DNA of 64,000 nucleotides from Squalus acanthias (Eukaryota). This document shows positions 1 through 12,914 of the stretch, one piece after another. How positions within the stretch are numbered: position 1 is the stretch's first letter; each line of letters opens with the position of its first letter. The notes under the pieces are model-generated. The model worked only from the letters and a program-made list of their open reading frames with translations, ran no database searches and was not told where the DNA came from. The stretch is taken from the NCBI GenBank assembly GCA_030390025.1, contig CM059431.1, positions 147,622,001-147,686,000 on the forward strand. Direction: 5' to 3'. A program made the position numbers and the translations under genes.

Positions 1-350
1 ACTGCTTTTTCTGGCCAATTTATATGTACTCTCCTTGGATCTTATGCTATCCCTAATTTCCCTTGTTAGCCACGGTTGAGTCACCTGTTTTGTTTTTTTC
101 TTATGCCAAACTGGGATGAACAAATTCTGTAATTCATCCATGCAGTTTTTTATTGTTTGCCATTGCCTATCCAACGTCAACCCTTTGAGTGCCATTCCCC
201 AATCAATCCTACCCAATTCGCGCCTCATACCATCGTAGTTTCCTTTATTTTAATTCAGGACCCTAGTCTCTGAGTCAACTACTTCACTCTCCATCTTAAT
301 GAAGAATTATATCATATTATGATCGCTCCGACCCAAGGGGCCTTGTCCAA
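1..350 (-). mobile_element. Degenerate CR1 LINE ORF2 fragment (endonuclease-RT linker), cut by window edge
   Basis: Reverse strand resembles the linker region of CR1 copies at 28700-29100 and 37300-37660. Confidence 0.7.
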
Positions 351-354
351 AACC

Positions 355-2135
355 TTAAAACTGTGTCCCCTAGTCCTTATATCGTCAGCTAATGAGAACA
401 GCCTTTCTCTGTCTACCTTATCCAGTCCCGTCATAATTTTGTCCACCTCTATCAAATCTTCCCTCTACCTCGTTTTCTCCAAGGAGAACAACCCCAGCTT
501 CTGCAACCAAAATTGTAGCTAAAAACCCTCATCCCTGGAACCATTCTGGTAAATCTCCTCTGAACCAGCTCAAGTACCTTCGCATCCTTCCTAAAGTGTG
601 GTGACCAGAACTGGACGCAATACTCTAGTTGTGGCCTAACCAGAGCTTTATAAAGGTTCAGCATAACATCCCTGCTTTTGTACTCTATACCTCTATTTAT
701 GAAGCCCAAGATCCCATATGCTTTGAAAACTACTCTCTCAATATCTCTTGCCACGTTCAAAGAGCTTTGCACATGATACTCCAGGTCTCTCTGTCCATGC
801 ACACTATTAGGATGTGTGCCATTAAGTCTATATTGCCACTCCCTATCGTTCTGCCAAAATGCATCATCTCATACTTCTCTGTATTAAATTCCATCTGGCA
901 CTAGTCTCCCCGTTATGCTAGCCTATATATGTTCTGTTGCTGTAGATTGGTATCCTCCTCACTGTTTGCCACACCTCCAAATTTGTTATCATCGGCAAAT
1001 GTTGAAATTTTACTCTGTATTCCAATATCAATCGTTTATATATATCAAAAATCAGTGGTTCCAGCACTAACACTTGGGGAACACCACTGTCTACCATGCT
1101 CCAGTTTGAAGAACAACCATTTACCACGACTCGCTGTTTTCTGTCCTTAAGCCAATTTCTTCTCCAAGCTGACACTGACCCTCCTATTCTATGAGGCCCA
1201 ATTTTAATAAGCAGCATTATATGTGGTACTTTGCAAAGGCGGTCTTCAATCCATATAGACAACATCCACTGCATTCCCTTCATCAACCTTTTCTGTTACT
1301 TCATCAAAACATTCAATTAGATTAATCAAATACGATCTGCATTTTACAAATCCGTGCTGGCTCTTCTGAGTTAACTTAAACCTCTAGAAGTTCCTGTTAA
1401 TTTTTTTCCTGATTATACTTTCTAAAACCCGACCCACCACTGATGTTAAACTGATCGGCTTGTAGTTACGAGGATTGTCCTTGCATCCTTTCTTGAACAA
1501 GGGTATCATATTTGCCACATTCCAATCCTCTGGCTCCTCACCCGTATCTAGGGAGGATTGGAAAATTATGGCAAACCCTTCCGCTATCTCAAACTCTAAT
1601 TGCCTTAGCAATCTGGGATGCAAGCCAACCGGATCAGGCGACTTACCCACTCGAAGCATATCCAGCTTTTCCAGTACATCCTGCCTATTTATTTCCACCC
1701 CAGCTAATAACTCTACCATGTAGGCTTCTACTGATATTTTGTCAGCATCCACTTCCTTAGCAAACACCGATGCAAAGTATTCATTAAGTAGTCTAGCCTT
1801 TCCCTGTGCCTCTAAGCATATAGCAACTGATTTGTTCCTAATAGGCCCCTTCCCGCCTCTTACTACCCGCTTACTCTTTACATGCCGGTAGAAGATTTTT
1901 GGGTCCCCTTTTATGTTAACCGCCATTCTACTCTCATATTCTCTCTTTGCCAATCTTACTTTCATCTTCACTTCCCCTCTCAAATTACTGTATTTAGTCT
2001 GATTCTCCCTTGGAAAATTCACCTGACATGCATCATACACGCTCTTTTTTGTTTCATCATCTGCTCTATCTCTCTCGTCATCCAAGGAGCCCTTACTTTG
2101 ATTCCCTTATCCTTCCCTCTTGTTGGAATGTACCT
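355..2135 (-). mobile_element. Degenerate CR1 LINE ORF2 (RT region, frameshifted)
   Basis: Minus ORFs 1384-2085 (PLFKKGCKDNPRNYKPISLTSVV), 918-1286 (SGVPQ) and 452-802 (LYKALVRPQLEYCVQFWSP) are successive CR1 ORF2 pieces. Confidence 0.9.
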
Positions 2136-2209
2136 TTCTTTCAAATAGAGATTGATTTGCTAGCACAGGGCGACTTTCCTTCACAACTGTGACCTCTCTG
2201 ATTCCATTC

Positions 2210-3650
2210 GGAACACAGGAATATACGAATAGAGGTGGCCATTGAGCCCCTGGAGTCTGTTCCGACACTGAATGAGATCATGTCTGATCTGCGACCCAAC
2301 TCCACATACCCGCCTTTGGCCCATATCCCCTTATACCATTGGTTAGTAAAAAGCTATCAATCTCCGATTTAAAATTAACAATTGATCTAGCATTAATTGC
2401 CGTTTGCGTAACTGAGTTCCAAACATCTACCACTCTTTGTGTACAGAAGTGTTTCCTAATTTCACTCCTGAAAGGTGAGGCTCTAATTTTTTGATTATGC
2501 CCCCCCCCCCCCGCTAGTCCCAGAAACCCCAACCAGTGGAGGTACTTTCTCTCTATCTACCCTATCTGTTCCCCTTAATATATTGAAAACTTCGATGAGA
2601 TGAGCCCTGAACCATCTACATTCTAGGGAATAAAAGCCCAATTTGTGTAAGCTCGCCTTGTAACTGAAATATTGAATTCCAGGTATAATTCTGGTAAACC
2701 TACGCTGCACTCCCTCCAAGGCCAATATATCCTTCCTAAGGTGTGGTGCCCAGAACTGCTCACAGTACTCCGGGAGTGGTCTAACCAGGGTTTTGTATAG
2801 CTGCAGCATAACTTCTACACCCTTGTATTTTAGTCATCTAGATATAAAGGTCAGCTTTCCATTAGCCTTTCTGATTAGTTTCTGTACCTGTTCATGACAT
2901 TTTAATGATCTATGTACCTGGACCCCAAGTCTCTTTGCACCTCCACTGTTTTTAGCTTTCACCATTTGGAAAGTACCCAGTTCTATCATTTTTAGGTCCA
3001 AAGTGGATGAACTCACATTTGCCTACATTGAAATCCATTTGCCAAGGTTTTGCCCATTCACTTCATCTATCGATATCCCTTGGTAATTGAAAATCTGGAT
3101 ATATGACTTTCTATGCCATCATCTAAATCGTTAATAATTAGTGTTAATAGTTGAGGCCTCAACACAGGTCCCTGCGGTACACCGCTTGTCACATCCTGCA
3201 AATTTGAGTGCCCACCCATTATCTTTACTGCCTGTCAACTGTCGCTCAGCCAATTTCATAACCAGGTCAATACTTTGTCCTAAATTCCGCGGGCTTCACC
3301 TTAGTTAACAGTCTCTTATGTCGGACTTTATCAAATGCCTTCTGGAAGTCCACATAAATAACATCCAAAGATATTCCCCTGTCCACTAGTTTAGACACCT
3401 CCTCAAAAAATGCAATCAGGTTTGTCAGGCATGACCTACCTTTCAAAAATCCATGCTGCTCTCTCACATCAACCGACAATTTTCAAGGAGTTCAGTCACT
3501 CTATCCTTATTTATAGACTCCAGCAATTTCCAGACAACAGATGTTAAGCTAACTGCTCTATTAATCCCTGGTTTCCCTTTCTCGCCATTCTTAAATAGCG
3601 GAGTGACATCCGCAATTTTTCAATCTAACGGAACGATTTCTGAATCGTAT
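2210..3650 (-). mobile_element. Degenerate 5'-truncated CR1 LINE with 3' tail
   Basis: QHGFLKGRSCLTNL...DFQKAFDKV (3267-3479), LYKTLVRP...FWAPHLRKD (2495-2809); tail motif near 2210-2290. Confidence 0.9.
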
Positions 3651-3682
3651 TCGATATTAACAGGTTAAATGATTCTCCTGCA

Positions 3683-5578
3683 AGATGGAGATGGCAAAAA
3701 CACTGAATGAATATTTTGTATCAGTCTTTACAGTAGAGGACACTAAGAATATCCCAACACTGGACAAACAGGGGGCTATAGGGGGAGAGGAGCTAAACAC
3801 GATCAAAATCACTAAGGAAGTGGTACACGGTAAAATAATGGGACTCAAGGCGGATAAATCACCTGGACCTGATAGCTTACATCCTAGAGTCTTGAAGGAA
3901 GTGGCGGTAGGGATTGTAGATGCATTGGTAATAATTTTTCAAAACTCCCTGGATTCCGCTAAGGTCCCGGCAGACTGGAAAACTGCTAATGTAACACCCT
4001 TATTTAAAAAGGGCAGTAGACAGAAGGCTGGTAACTATAGACCGGTTAGCCTAACATCTGTGGTAGGTAAAATTTTGGAGTCCATTATTAAGGAAACAGT
4101 AACAGGACATTTGGATAATCATAATTTAATAGGACAAAGTCAGCATGGTTTTACGAAGGGGAAGTCATGTTTGACAAATTTGCTGGAGTTCTTTGAGGAA
4201 GTAACATATAGAGTGGATAAAGGGGAACCAGTGGACGTAGTGTATTTAGACTTCCAAAAGGCATTTGACAAGGTGCCACACAAAAGATTATTGCTTAAGG
4301 TAAAAAATCACGGGATTGGGGGTAATATTCTGGCATGGATAGAGGATTGGCTATCTAACAGAAAGCAAAGAGTTGGGATAAATGGTTCATTCTCAGACTG
4401 GCAATCAGTAACTAGTGGTGTTCCACAGGGGTCAGTGCTGGGTCCCCAACTCTTCACAATCTATATTAACGGTTTGGAGGAAGGGACCAAGTGTAACATA
4501 TCAAAATTTGCAGATGATACAAAGATGGGAGGGAAAGTAGTGAGTGAGGAGGACATAAAAAACCTGCAAGGGGACATAGACAGGCTAACTAAGTGGGCAG
4601 AGATTTGGCAGATGGAATACAACACTGGAAAGTGTGAGGTGATGCACTTTGGCAGGAAAAATCCTAGAGCAATTTATTATCTTAATGGCAAGAAACTGGA
4701 GAGTACTGAAGTGCAAAGGGATCTGGGGGTCCTGGTGCACGAAACTCAAAAGGTTAGTATGCAGGTGCAGCAAGTGATTAAGAATGCAAATGGAATGTTG
4801 GCTTTCATTGCTAGGGGGATAGAATATAAAAATAGGGAGGTATTGCTTCAGTTGTACAAGGTATTGGTGAGGCCGCACCTGGAATACTGCATACAGTTTT
4901 GGTGTCCTTACTTAAGGAAAGACATCCTTGCTCTCGAGGCAGTGCAAAAAAGGTTCACTCGGTTAATCCCGGGGATGAGGGGGTGGTCATATGAGGAGAG
5001 GTTGGGTAGATTGGGACTCTACTCATTGGAGTTCAGAAGAATGAGAGGCGATCTTATTGAAACATATAAGATTGTGAAGGGGTTGGATCGGGTGGATGCG
5101 GGGAGGATGTTCCCGATGACGGGTGAGACGAGAACTAGGGGACATAGTCTTAGAATAAGGGGCTGCTCTTTCAAAACTGAGATGAGGAGGAACTACTTCA
5201 CTCAGAGGGTGGTAGGTCCATGGAATATGCTGCCACAAAAAGCTGTAGAAGCTACAACATTAATTAAATTTAAAACAGAAATAGACAGTTTCCTAGAAGT
5301 AAAGGGCATTAAGGGTTACGGGGAGCGGGCAGGAATTTGGACATGAGTCTAGGTTCGGATCGGTCATGGCCCTGTGGGTAGTGGAGCGGGCCCAGGGACT
5401 GTGTAGCCTGATTCTGCTCCTATTTCGTGTGTGCAATTCTGTTAGATGCAGGAGATGGTTCTGTGATAGATAGTAGATTGGCGGTTAGGATCAGATCAGC
5501 CATGATCTTATTGAATGGCGGAGCAGGCTCGAGGGGCCGATTGGCCTACTCCTGCTCCTATTTCTTATGTTCTTATGT
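3683..5578 (+). mobile_element. Young 5'-truncated CR1 (HER1-like) LINE with intact RT and 3' UTR ending in (TTCTTATG)n
   Basis: Uninterrupted 553-aa ORF, conserved tail GATCAGCCATGATCTTATTGAATGGCGGAGCAGGCTCGAGGGGCCG, 8-bp terminal repeats. Confidence 0.95.
3685..5346 (+). CDS. CR1 ORF2 C-terminal part: reverse transcriptase (no endonuclease domain)
   Basis: Motifs KSPGPD, NYRPVSLTS, QHGF, DFQKAFDKV, GVPQGSVLGP, FADDTK, RPHLEYC. Confidence 0.92.
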   Translation: MEMAKTLNEYFVSVFTVEDTKNIPTLDKQGAIGGEELNTIKITKEVVHGKIMGLKADKSPGPDSLHPRVLKEVAVGIVDALVIIFQNSLDSAKVPADWKTANVTPLFKKGSRQKAGNYRPVSLTSVVGKILESIIKETVTGHLDNHNLIGQSQHGFTKGKSCLTNLLEFFEEVTYRVDKGEPVDVVYLDFQKAFDKVPHKRLLLKVKNHGIGGNILAWIEDWLSNRKQRVGINGSFSDWQSVTSGVPQGSVLGPQLFTIYINGLEEGTKCNISKFADDTKMGGKVVSEEDIKNLQGDIDRLTKWAEIWQMEYNTGKCEVMHFGRKNPRAIYYLNGKKLESTEVQRDLGVLVHETQKVSMQVQQVIKNANGMLAFIARGIEYKNREVLLQLYKVLVRPHLEYCIQFWCPYLRKDILALEAVQKRFTRLIPGMRGWSYEERLGRLGLYSLEFRRMRGDLIETYKIVKGLDRVDAGRMFPMTGETRTRGHSLRIRGCSFKTEMRRNYFTQRVVGPWNMLPQKAVEATTLIKFKTEIDSFLEVKGIKGYGERAGIWT

Positions 5579-7191
5579 AAGATATGAGCCTTTCCTAAAT
5601 GCAGAGATAATCGTCGATAATGTGTTTAATCAGTTCATCCTCTATAATCAGGCACAGCCACAGGGGCTGAAGTAATCACAATTTAGGGATCTAACATGCT
5701 GGTTACCACGTTCCCATGTATGGCCAATTTTCGAGGAGTTACCATAGAGACGGACCACCTTTATAGAGATTTGTACTCTCACCAATAAAATACGTGGTCG
5801 CTGCCTCACTTACTGCTTGTCCTTGCTCCAACATCGTTCGTATAATATATTGTTTAATGTAAAGAGAATTAAGCCAGCATTGATCAAGGATCATGTTCCA
5901 GTGCAGTTCTCTTTGTTTCGAGTTCTAATATTTAATAATATCAATAATCTGGCTCCAGTTCCGTGAGAAAATGCAGTTTATGTTTATATTTTTGGTTAAA
6001 CAACTCTTTTGGTGCAGTTGTTGTTAGAAGCAGCTTATTTCTGGGCCCCCACCAGGGGCAGGTGCTTCTCAATGCAATGTGTCTGTGCTCTTCTTGATCA
6101 AAATCTCAAGACGTAGCAACGGAAAAATGAAGTAAACACGCATTAATGTTTTGATTTGTCTCTAGAGTCACGACGGAAGAGAAAACCACCCCCTTGTTAC
6201 TCTTTAAAAAATGACGACCAGCTGCCGGTAATTTCACCTTTGAAAACTAGTGTAAAGTGGCTATATCGAATTGGCTGCATATTCAATGTTCAATGTTACT
6301 GAAACAACGGTTTTTCAAATTGCCCCTTAATTTCGAAACCTCGGATAACTCCTCACCCCAACCCACACGGATTTAGTGAACCTTTCACTTTGCGCTATAT
6401 TAGTGTCGTTATTTGAGATGAAGTTAACATTTACGATGCATTCGACAAATCACGACTGGTGCATATAAAGCGTGATACTATTACACTCTCTACGACTGCA
6501 GTGAGGTTCCTCGCTATCTAGTTCCCTTTCAATCCTTTCTGTGTGTGTAACATTTCATTGGCCACTGCTTGACTAATTCTCAATTAGAAGGGCTGAGCCA
6601 CTCGTTTTTATAATGCCTCACATTCTGCTCTATTCCCACATCAATGCCCCCAGTCGCTCAATCATCAGCACTGTCCACTTTTACCCTTACAGCTCCTAGA
6701 ATCAGGCGCCCAGAGTGAAGACAGCTGCTGATTATTTTATTCTGATTTTGTTCAATCACTCCATCTTGATCTTTGATTGTGGCATTAAAATGTTGATTCT
6801 TTGATTCCTTCAGCTGAATTAATGTATTTCTGTGTCCTCCATGTATAATGGAGAGCTACTATCTGTTCCCATCGCAGGGCCGACCCTTCCACATTCTTTG
6901 TCGGCATTGGCTGCACTATCCCCGTTTGAGGTCAAATGGAGCGACCAAGTTATGACATTTGCTGAATCTGCACCAAAGCTCTGATTTTTCCATTTGTGCC
7001 AAGTACCGATTTTCCCTAAAAAAACTTCGGTCCCCATAGCCTTATTGTCAGACTCCTTCCATATTTCTGTAGTTCGTGTATCTGTCACAACCCTGAACAC
7101 GGAATTTTAAAAAACTGCACGTGATGCGATCTCCTCTACATTGCGGCGCCCAAACACACATTGGGGGACCAATTTGGGGAACACCTCCGTT

Positions 7192-10100
7192 CATAAGAAC
7201 ATAAGAACATAAGAATTAGGAGCAGGAGTAGGCCAATTGGTCCCTCGAGCCTGCTCCGCCATTCAATAAGATCATGGCTGATCTGATCCTAACCGCCAAT
7301 CTACTATCACAGAACCATCTCCTGAACCTAACAGAATTGGACACACGAAATAGGAGCAGGATCAGGCTACACGGCCCCTTGGCCCGCTACGCTACCCACA
7401 GGGCCATGACCGATCCGAACCTAGACTCTTGTCCAAATTCCTGCCCGCTCCCCGTAACCCTTAATTCCCTTTACTTCTAGGAAACTGTCTATTTCTGCTT
7501 TAAATTTATGTAATGATGTAGCTTCTACAGCTTTTTGGGGCAGCATATTCCATGGACCTACCACCCTCTGAGTGAAGTAGTTCCTTCTCATCTCAGTTTT
7601 GAAAGAGCAGCCCCTTATTCTAAGACTATGCCCCCTAGTTCTAGTTTCACCCATCATCGGGAACATCATCCCCGCATCCACCCGATCCAACCCCTTCACA
7701 ATCTTATATGTTTCAATAAGATCGCCTCTCATTTTTCTGAATTTCAATGAGTAGAGTCCCAATCTACCCAACCTCTCCTCATATGCCCATTCCCTCATCC
7801 CCGGGATTAACCGAGTGAACCTTCTTTGTACTGACTCGAGAGCAAGTATATCTTTTCTTAAGTATAGACACCAAAACTGTATGCAGTATTCCAGGTGCGG
7901 TCTCACCAATACCTTGTACAACTGAAGCAATACCTCCCTATTTTTATATTCTATCCCCCTAGCAATGAAAGCCAACATTCCATTGGCCTTCTTAATCACT
8001 TGCTGCACCTGCATACTAACCTTTTGAGTTTCGTGCACCAGGACCACCAGATCCCTTTGTACTTTAGTACTTTCCAGTTTCTTGCCATTTAGATATTGTC
8101 TTGCTCTACTATTTTTCCTGTCAAAGTGCATAACCTCACACTTTCCAGTATTGTATTCCATCTGCCAAATCTCTGCCCACTTACTTAGCCTGTCTATGTC
8201 CCCTTGCAGATTTTTTATGTCCTCCTCACTCACTACTTTCCCTCCCATCTTAGTATCATCTGCAAACTTTGATATGGTACACTCGGTCTCCTCCTCCAAA
8301 TCGTTAATATGGATTGTAAAGAGTTGGGGACCCAGCACTGACCCCTGCGGAACACCACTAATTACTGATTGCCAGTCTGAGAATGAACCATTTATCCCAA
8401 CTCTCTGCCTTCTGTTAGATAGCCAATCCTCTATCCATGCCAGAATATTACCCCCAATCCCGTGATTTTTTATCTTAAGCAATAATCTTTTGTGTGGCAC
8501 CTTGTCAAATGCCTTTTGGAAGTCTAAATACACCACATCCACTGGTTCCCCTTTATCTACCCTGTGTGTTACTTCCTCAAAGAACTCCAGCAAATTTGTC
8601 AAACATGACTTCCCCTTCATAAAACCATGCTGACTTTGTCCTATTAAATTATGATTATCCAAATGTCCCGTTACTGTCTACTTAATAATGGACTCCAAAA
8701 TGTTACCTACCACAGATGTTAGGCTAACCGGTCTATAGTTTCCAGCCTTCTGTCTACTGCCCTTTTTAAATAAGGGTGTTACATTAGCAGTTTTCCAGTC
8801 TGCCGGTATCTTTGCTGAGTCCAGGGAGTTTTGGAAAATTATTACCAATGCATCCACAATCCCTACCGCCACATCCCTCAAGATCCTAGGATGTAAGCCA
8901 TCAGGTCCAGGTGATTTATTCGCCTTGAGTCCCATTATTTTACCGAGTACCACTTCCTTAGTGATTTTGACTGTGTTAAGCTCCTCCCTCCCTATAGCCC
9001 CCTGTTTGTCAAGTGTTGGGATATTCAGAGTGTCCTCTACTGTAAAGACTGATACAAAATATTCATTCAGTGTATTTGCCATCTCCATATTTCCCACCAT
9101 TAATTTCCCGGTCTCATCCTCTAAGGGACCAACATTTACTTTAGCCACCCTTTTTCTTTTTATATATCTATAAAAACTTTTCCAATCTGTTTTTATATTT
9201 TTTGCTAATTTACTTTCATAATCTTTCTTCCCTTTCTTAATCAATATTTTGTTATTTTTTGCTGTATTTTAAAGCTTTCCTAATCCTCTATCCTCCCACT
9301 AGATTTGGCTACCTTATAGCCCCTTGTTTTTAGTCGAATACTATCCTTAATTTCTTTACTTAGCCACGATGACTGTATTTTCTTTTACACCCTTTTCTTC
9401 TCAGTGGAATATATATTTTTTGGAAGTTGTAAAATAACTCCTTAAATGTACACTACTGATCATGTATCGTCTTAACCTTTAATCTATTTTCTCAATCCAC
9501 TCTACTCAATTCCGCTCGCATACCTTCATAATCTCCTTTATTCAAAGTTTGAGATCCAACCTTCTCACCCTCCAATTGAATATGGAATTCAACCATGTTA
9601 TGGTCACTCCTTCCAAGACGTCCTTTACTAGGACATTTTTTATTAATCCTGTCTCGTTACACAGGACCAGATCTAAGGTTACTTGCCCCCTGGTCGGTTC
9701 AGTTACATACTGCTCAAGAAACCCATCCCTAATACACTCAATGAACTCATCCTCAAGGCAGCCCTGCCCAATTTGATTTGTCCAATTATTATGATAGTTA
9801 AAATCCCCCATAATTATAGATGTTCCCTTATTACAAGCCTCAACTATTTCTTGATTGATACTCCGTCCAACAGAGTTGCAACTGTTCGGAGGCCTATTGA
9901 CTACGCCCACTGGTGTTTTTTCCCCCTTATTATTCCTTATCTCCACCCAAACTGTTTCATTATCCTGATCTTTTGACCCAATATCATTTTTCTGTATTAC
10001 AGTGATTACTTCCTTTATTAACATAGCCACCCCACCACCCCTTTCTTCCTGCCTGTCCTTCCTGATCGTTAAATAACCTGGTATGTTTAATTCCCAGGCA

Positions 10101-11700
10101 TTGTCACCCTGCAGCCATGTTTCTCCAATGGCCACAAGATCATACCCTTATGTAGTTATTTATGCCATTAACTCGTCTATTTTGTTACGAATGCTACGTG
10201 CATTCAGATAGAGAACTTTCAAATATGTTTTGTGACACTTAGTTCCTGCTTTTGTCCTTTTTATTACTTCACCTTTTACTCCATACCTTCTGCCCCTTCC
10301 TGACACACTCTGGTTTTTAATTTCCCCACTGCTACCTAACTCTATGACCTTCTCGTTTGTCATTTTTTTATTTGCTCTCTAGGAACCTCCCCCCCCCCAC
10401 TAGTTAGTTTAAAGCCCTCTCTACAGCCCTAGTTATATGATCCATCAGGACTCCAGTCCCAGCACTGGCTAAGTGAAGCCCGTCCAAACGGAGCTGCTCC
10501 CTCCTGCCCCAGTACTGGTGCCAGTGTCCCAGGAAGCAAAACCCATTTCTCCCACACCAGTCTTTGGGCCACACATTTAACTCTCTAATTTTATTTGTGC
10601 TAGCCAAATTCGCTCGTGGCTCAGGTAATAATCCAGAGATTATTACCCTTGAGGTTCTGTTTTTTAATTTGACACCTAGCTGCTCATACTCCTTTAATAG
10701 AACCTGCTTCCTTGTCCTATCTAAGTGAATGGCCCCCCGTTCCACGGTGCTGTGGCCAGGTTGCTCATCCTCCCTGCAGTCCCTGCTCCTGTCCCCACAG
10801 GGAGTAAGAACCTCGAACCCGTTGGACAAGAGCAAGGTTTGCGGCTCCTCCAACACTACTTCCTGGATCCCCGTACCTGCCTCACTCGTAGTCACACCGT
10901 CCTGTCCCTGACCATTGGCTACATCTGAATTAATTAACTTCATAGGTGTGACCACCTCCTGAAACACAGTGTCCAGCTACTTCTCCCCCTCCCTGATGTG
11001 TCGCAGTGTCCGAAGCTCAGACTGCAGCTCATCAACACGGAGCTGGAGTTCCTGTAGCAGCAGACACTTGTCACAGGTGTAATCACCGTGAGCCTCAATG
11101 GCTCCACCGGCTCCCACATCTCGCAACAGTAACACATCACCTGCTCCATTCTATGTAATTATTATTTGTTTTATTGTTAGTTATGGACGCTCTCTCCCCG
11201 ATTATAGATGCTAGTATCCCCTCTAATTAATTTGATTTAAATTAAATCAATCCCTCTAAATTACACCAATTAAATGGTTTACCAACAGCCACTCTGCACC
11301 AGGAAGGCCTTATTAACTACAACCCACAGAGTTAAATTTTGAAAAGAGCACCCTGCACCTCACTCACCCGAACTCACACTTACCCAAACTCAGCACTCTC
11401 TGCTGACTCGCACTCAGTGCTTGCTCGTACTAGCACTGGTCTTTTTATACTGTTTGTTTGTTTACAGCCAAATAAGTCACCCCTGCTGATTGATTAGAAA
11501 ACTGGTTTCCACTATCTGCTGTGCCAATTTACTCCTACTGCAGTGTAACCTTGTTTTAATCTTCTTAAACCAACAGAATCCCAAATATTTAACTGTTCCA
11601 CTTCACTTAAACTGCTTAAGTACTCTTATCAAGAATGATTTAAAGAGAACTAACAATTAAAGAACTCTCATACTTACCCAAACTCAGCACTCTCTGCTGA
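7192..11700 (-). mobile_element. Near full-length CR1 LINE (5' UTR, ORF1, endonuclease, RT, tail), same subfamily as 3683-5578
   Basis: ORF1 pieces 10940-11149 (CYCCEMWE) and 10404-10967; endonuclease 9542-10363 (YLNARSIRNK, ETWL, GDFN); RT 7421-9244 split by one TAG at 8678-8680; (CATAAGAA)n at 7192-7215. Confidence 0.95.
7421..9244 (-). pseudogene. CR1 ORF2 RT region with one premature stop
   Basis: ORFs 8678-9244 and 7421-8662 are in frame and separated by a TAG where the plus-strand copy has Glu (ESIIKETV). Confidence 0.88.
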
Positions 11701-11704
11701 CTTG

Positions 11705-12890
11705 CACTTTACTTCTATTAAATACACTATGATCCTCCCCATGAGTTATTTTAGGTTCCTTCGTATAGCTGGTATTTTGCTGTCTTCATCCACTGTAAAT
11801 TGGATACTGAATACTCAGTTAACAAGTCTGCTTTTTCTCATTATGTGCTATAATCTCGCTTGCTTCTGTCTTTACCAGCCCACTTTCTCCTTTACCACTC
11901 TTTTCCTCTAAATATATTCATAGAAATATTTTGCTGTTAGATTTGATATTCCATTTTCCATTTTTTCACATCTTCTTACATTTTTACATCTCTTTGTTGC
12001 TTTTAATAGCTCTCACAGAATTCTGCCTTTTCACTCCTCGCTCCATTTTTGAAAGTGAATTTTTCAGCTTGATACTCTCTGTTGCCGCATTTTGTGGCCG
12101 TGGTTACTCAACCACATAAGTGGATATTTATCTTTTACGGGCATGAGCTGCTTTTGGATCTTAGAAAGTACTTATTTTAATAGTTGTATCTGTTTGTCTT
12201 CAAGTTTACCCATTAAGTGTGAAGTTAAGTTTGCTGTGGCCAGTTACATTTAAATTGATTAGAAGTTTGCCTTAATTAAATGTAGCCACTGATTAAAGAC
12301 ACAGCCTTCTAACTCTCAAACCTAATTTTGTTTGCAGTCACGTTATGGGTGCTATTTTCAAGAAGATCCCTTGCCGTCAAATTGACCTGTTCCCGCGTTG
12401 ATACAAAGATATCCTATTGTTGAAAACTGTCCTGAATGCATATGATTAAATTATTATTTTACTACTTGAGCTGTTCTGTTTCTCCCAGTCTGCGTGCAAA
12501 TTAAAATATACCTTTATCACCTCATTGCTTTGGCTACAAGCTTCCCTGATCTCCCCGCTTATACATCCCATGACATCACTATTATCAGGAGCTCTGCAGA
12601 CAACTCACACCAGGGTCTTGCATGCTTTGCTTTTCCTTAACTCTATGAATAGTGCTTCCACTTCTTGATCATCCTTTACTGAAACTGTTTCTTTCTGCTG
12701 CTGCAATTTTGTTTACGTTTCCTGTCCTTTCTAAAGATCCTGTAAGCTGGAATGTTAGGCTCTCAATCATGCCCAGTTTGTAACCAGGTCTCAGCAATGG
12801 CTAATACAGCATAGCTTTAAACTGAGTTTGTGCTTCTAAATTATATCTTAAGCTACGTGCATTCACGTACAGAATTAAACTGGCAAAAAC
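11705..12890 (-). mobile_element. Old, heavily degraded CR1 ORF2 remnant
   Basis: Residual similarity to CR1 endonuclease/linker on the reverse strand (e.g. 12740-12870, 11760-11960); no long ORF. Confidence 0.55.
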
Positions 12891-12914
12891 ATGAATCAGA
12901 TTGTAAACATTATA

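Noticed and set aside
6700-7190. Minus ORF 6819-7100 as retroviral gag relic
   Set aside because: No convincing primer binding site, LTR or gag motif; several stops in neighbouring frames
4585-9976. Many 60-130 aa ORFs overlapping LINEs (e.g. 4585-4878, 8082-8465, 9683-9976)
   Set aside because: Antisense or off-frame shadows of CR1 ORF2
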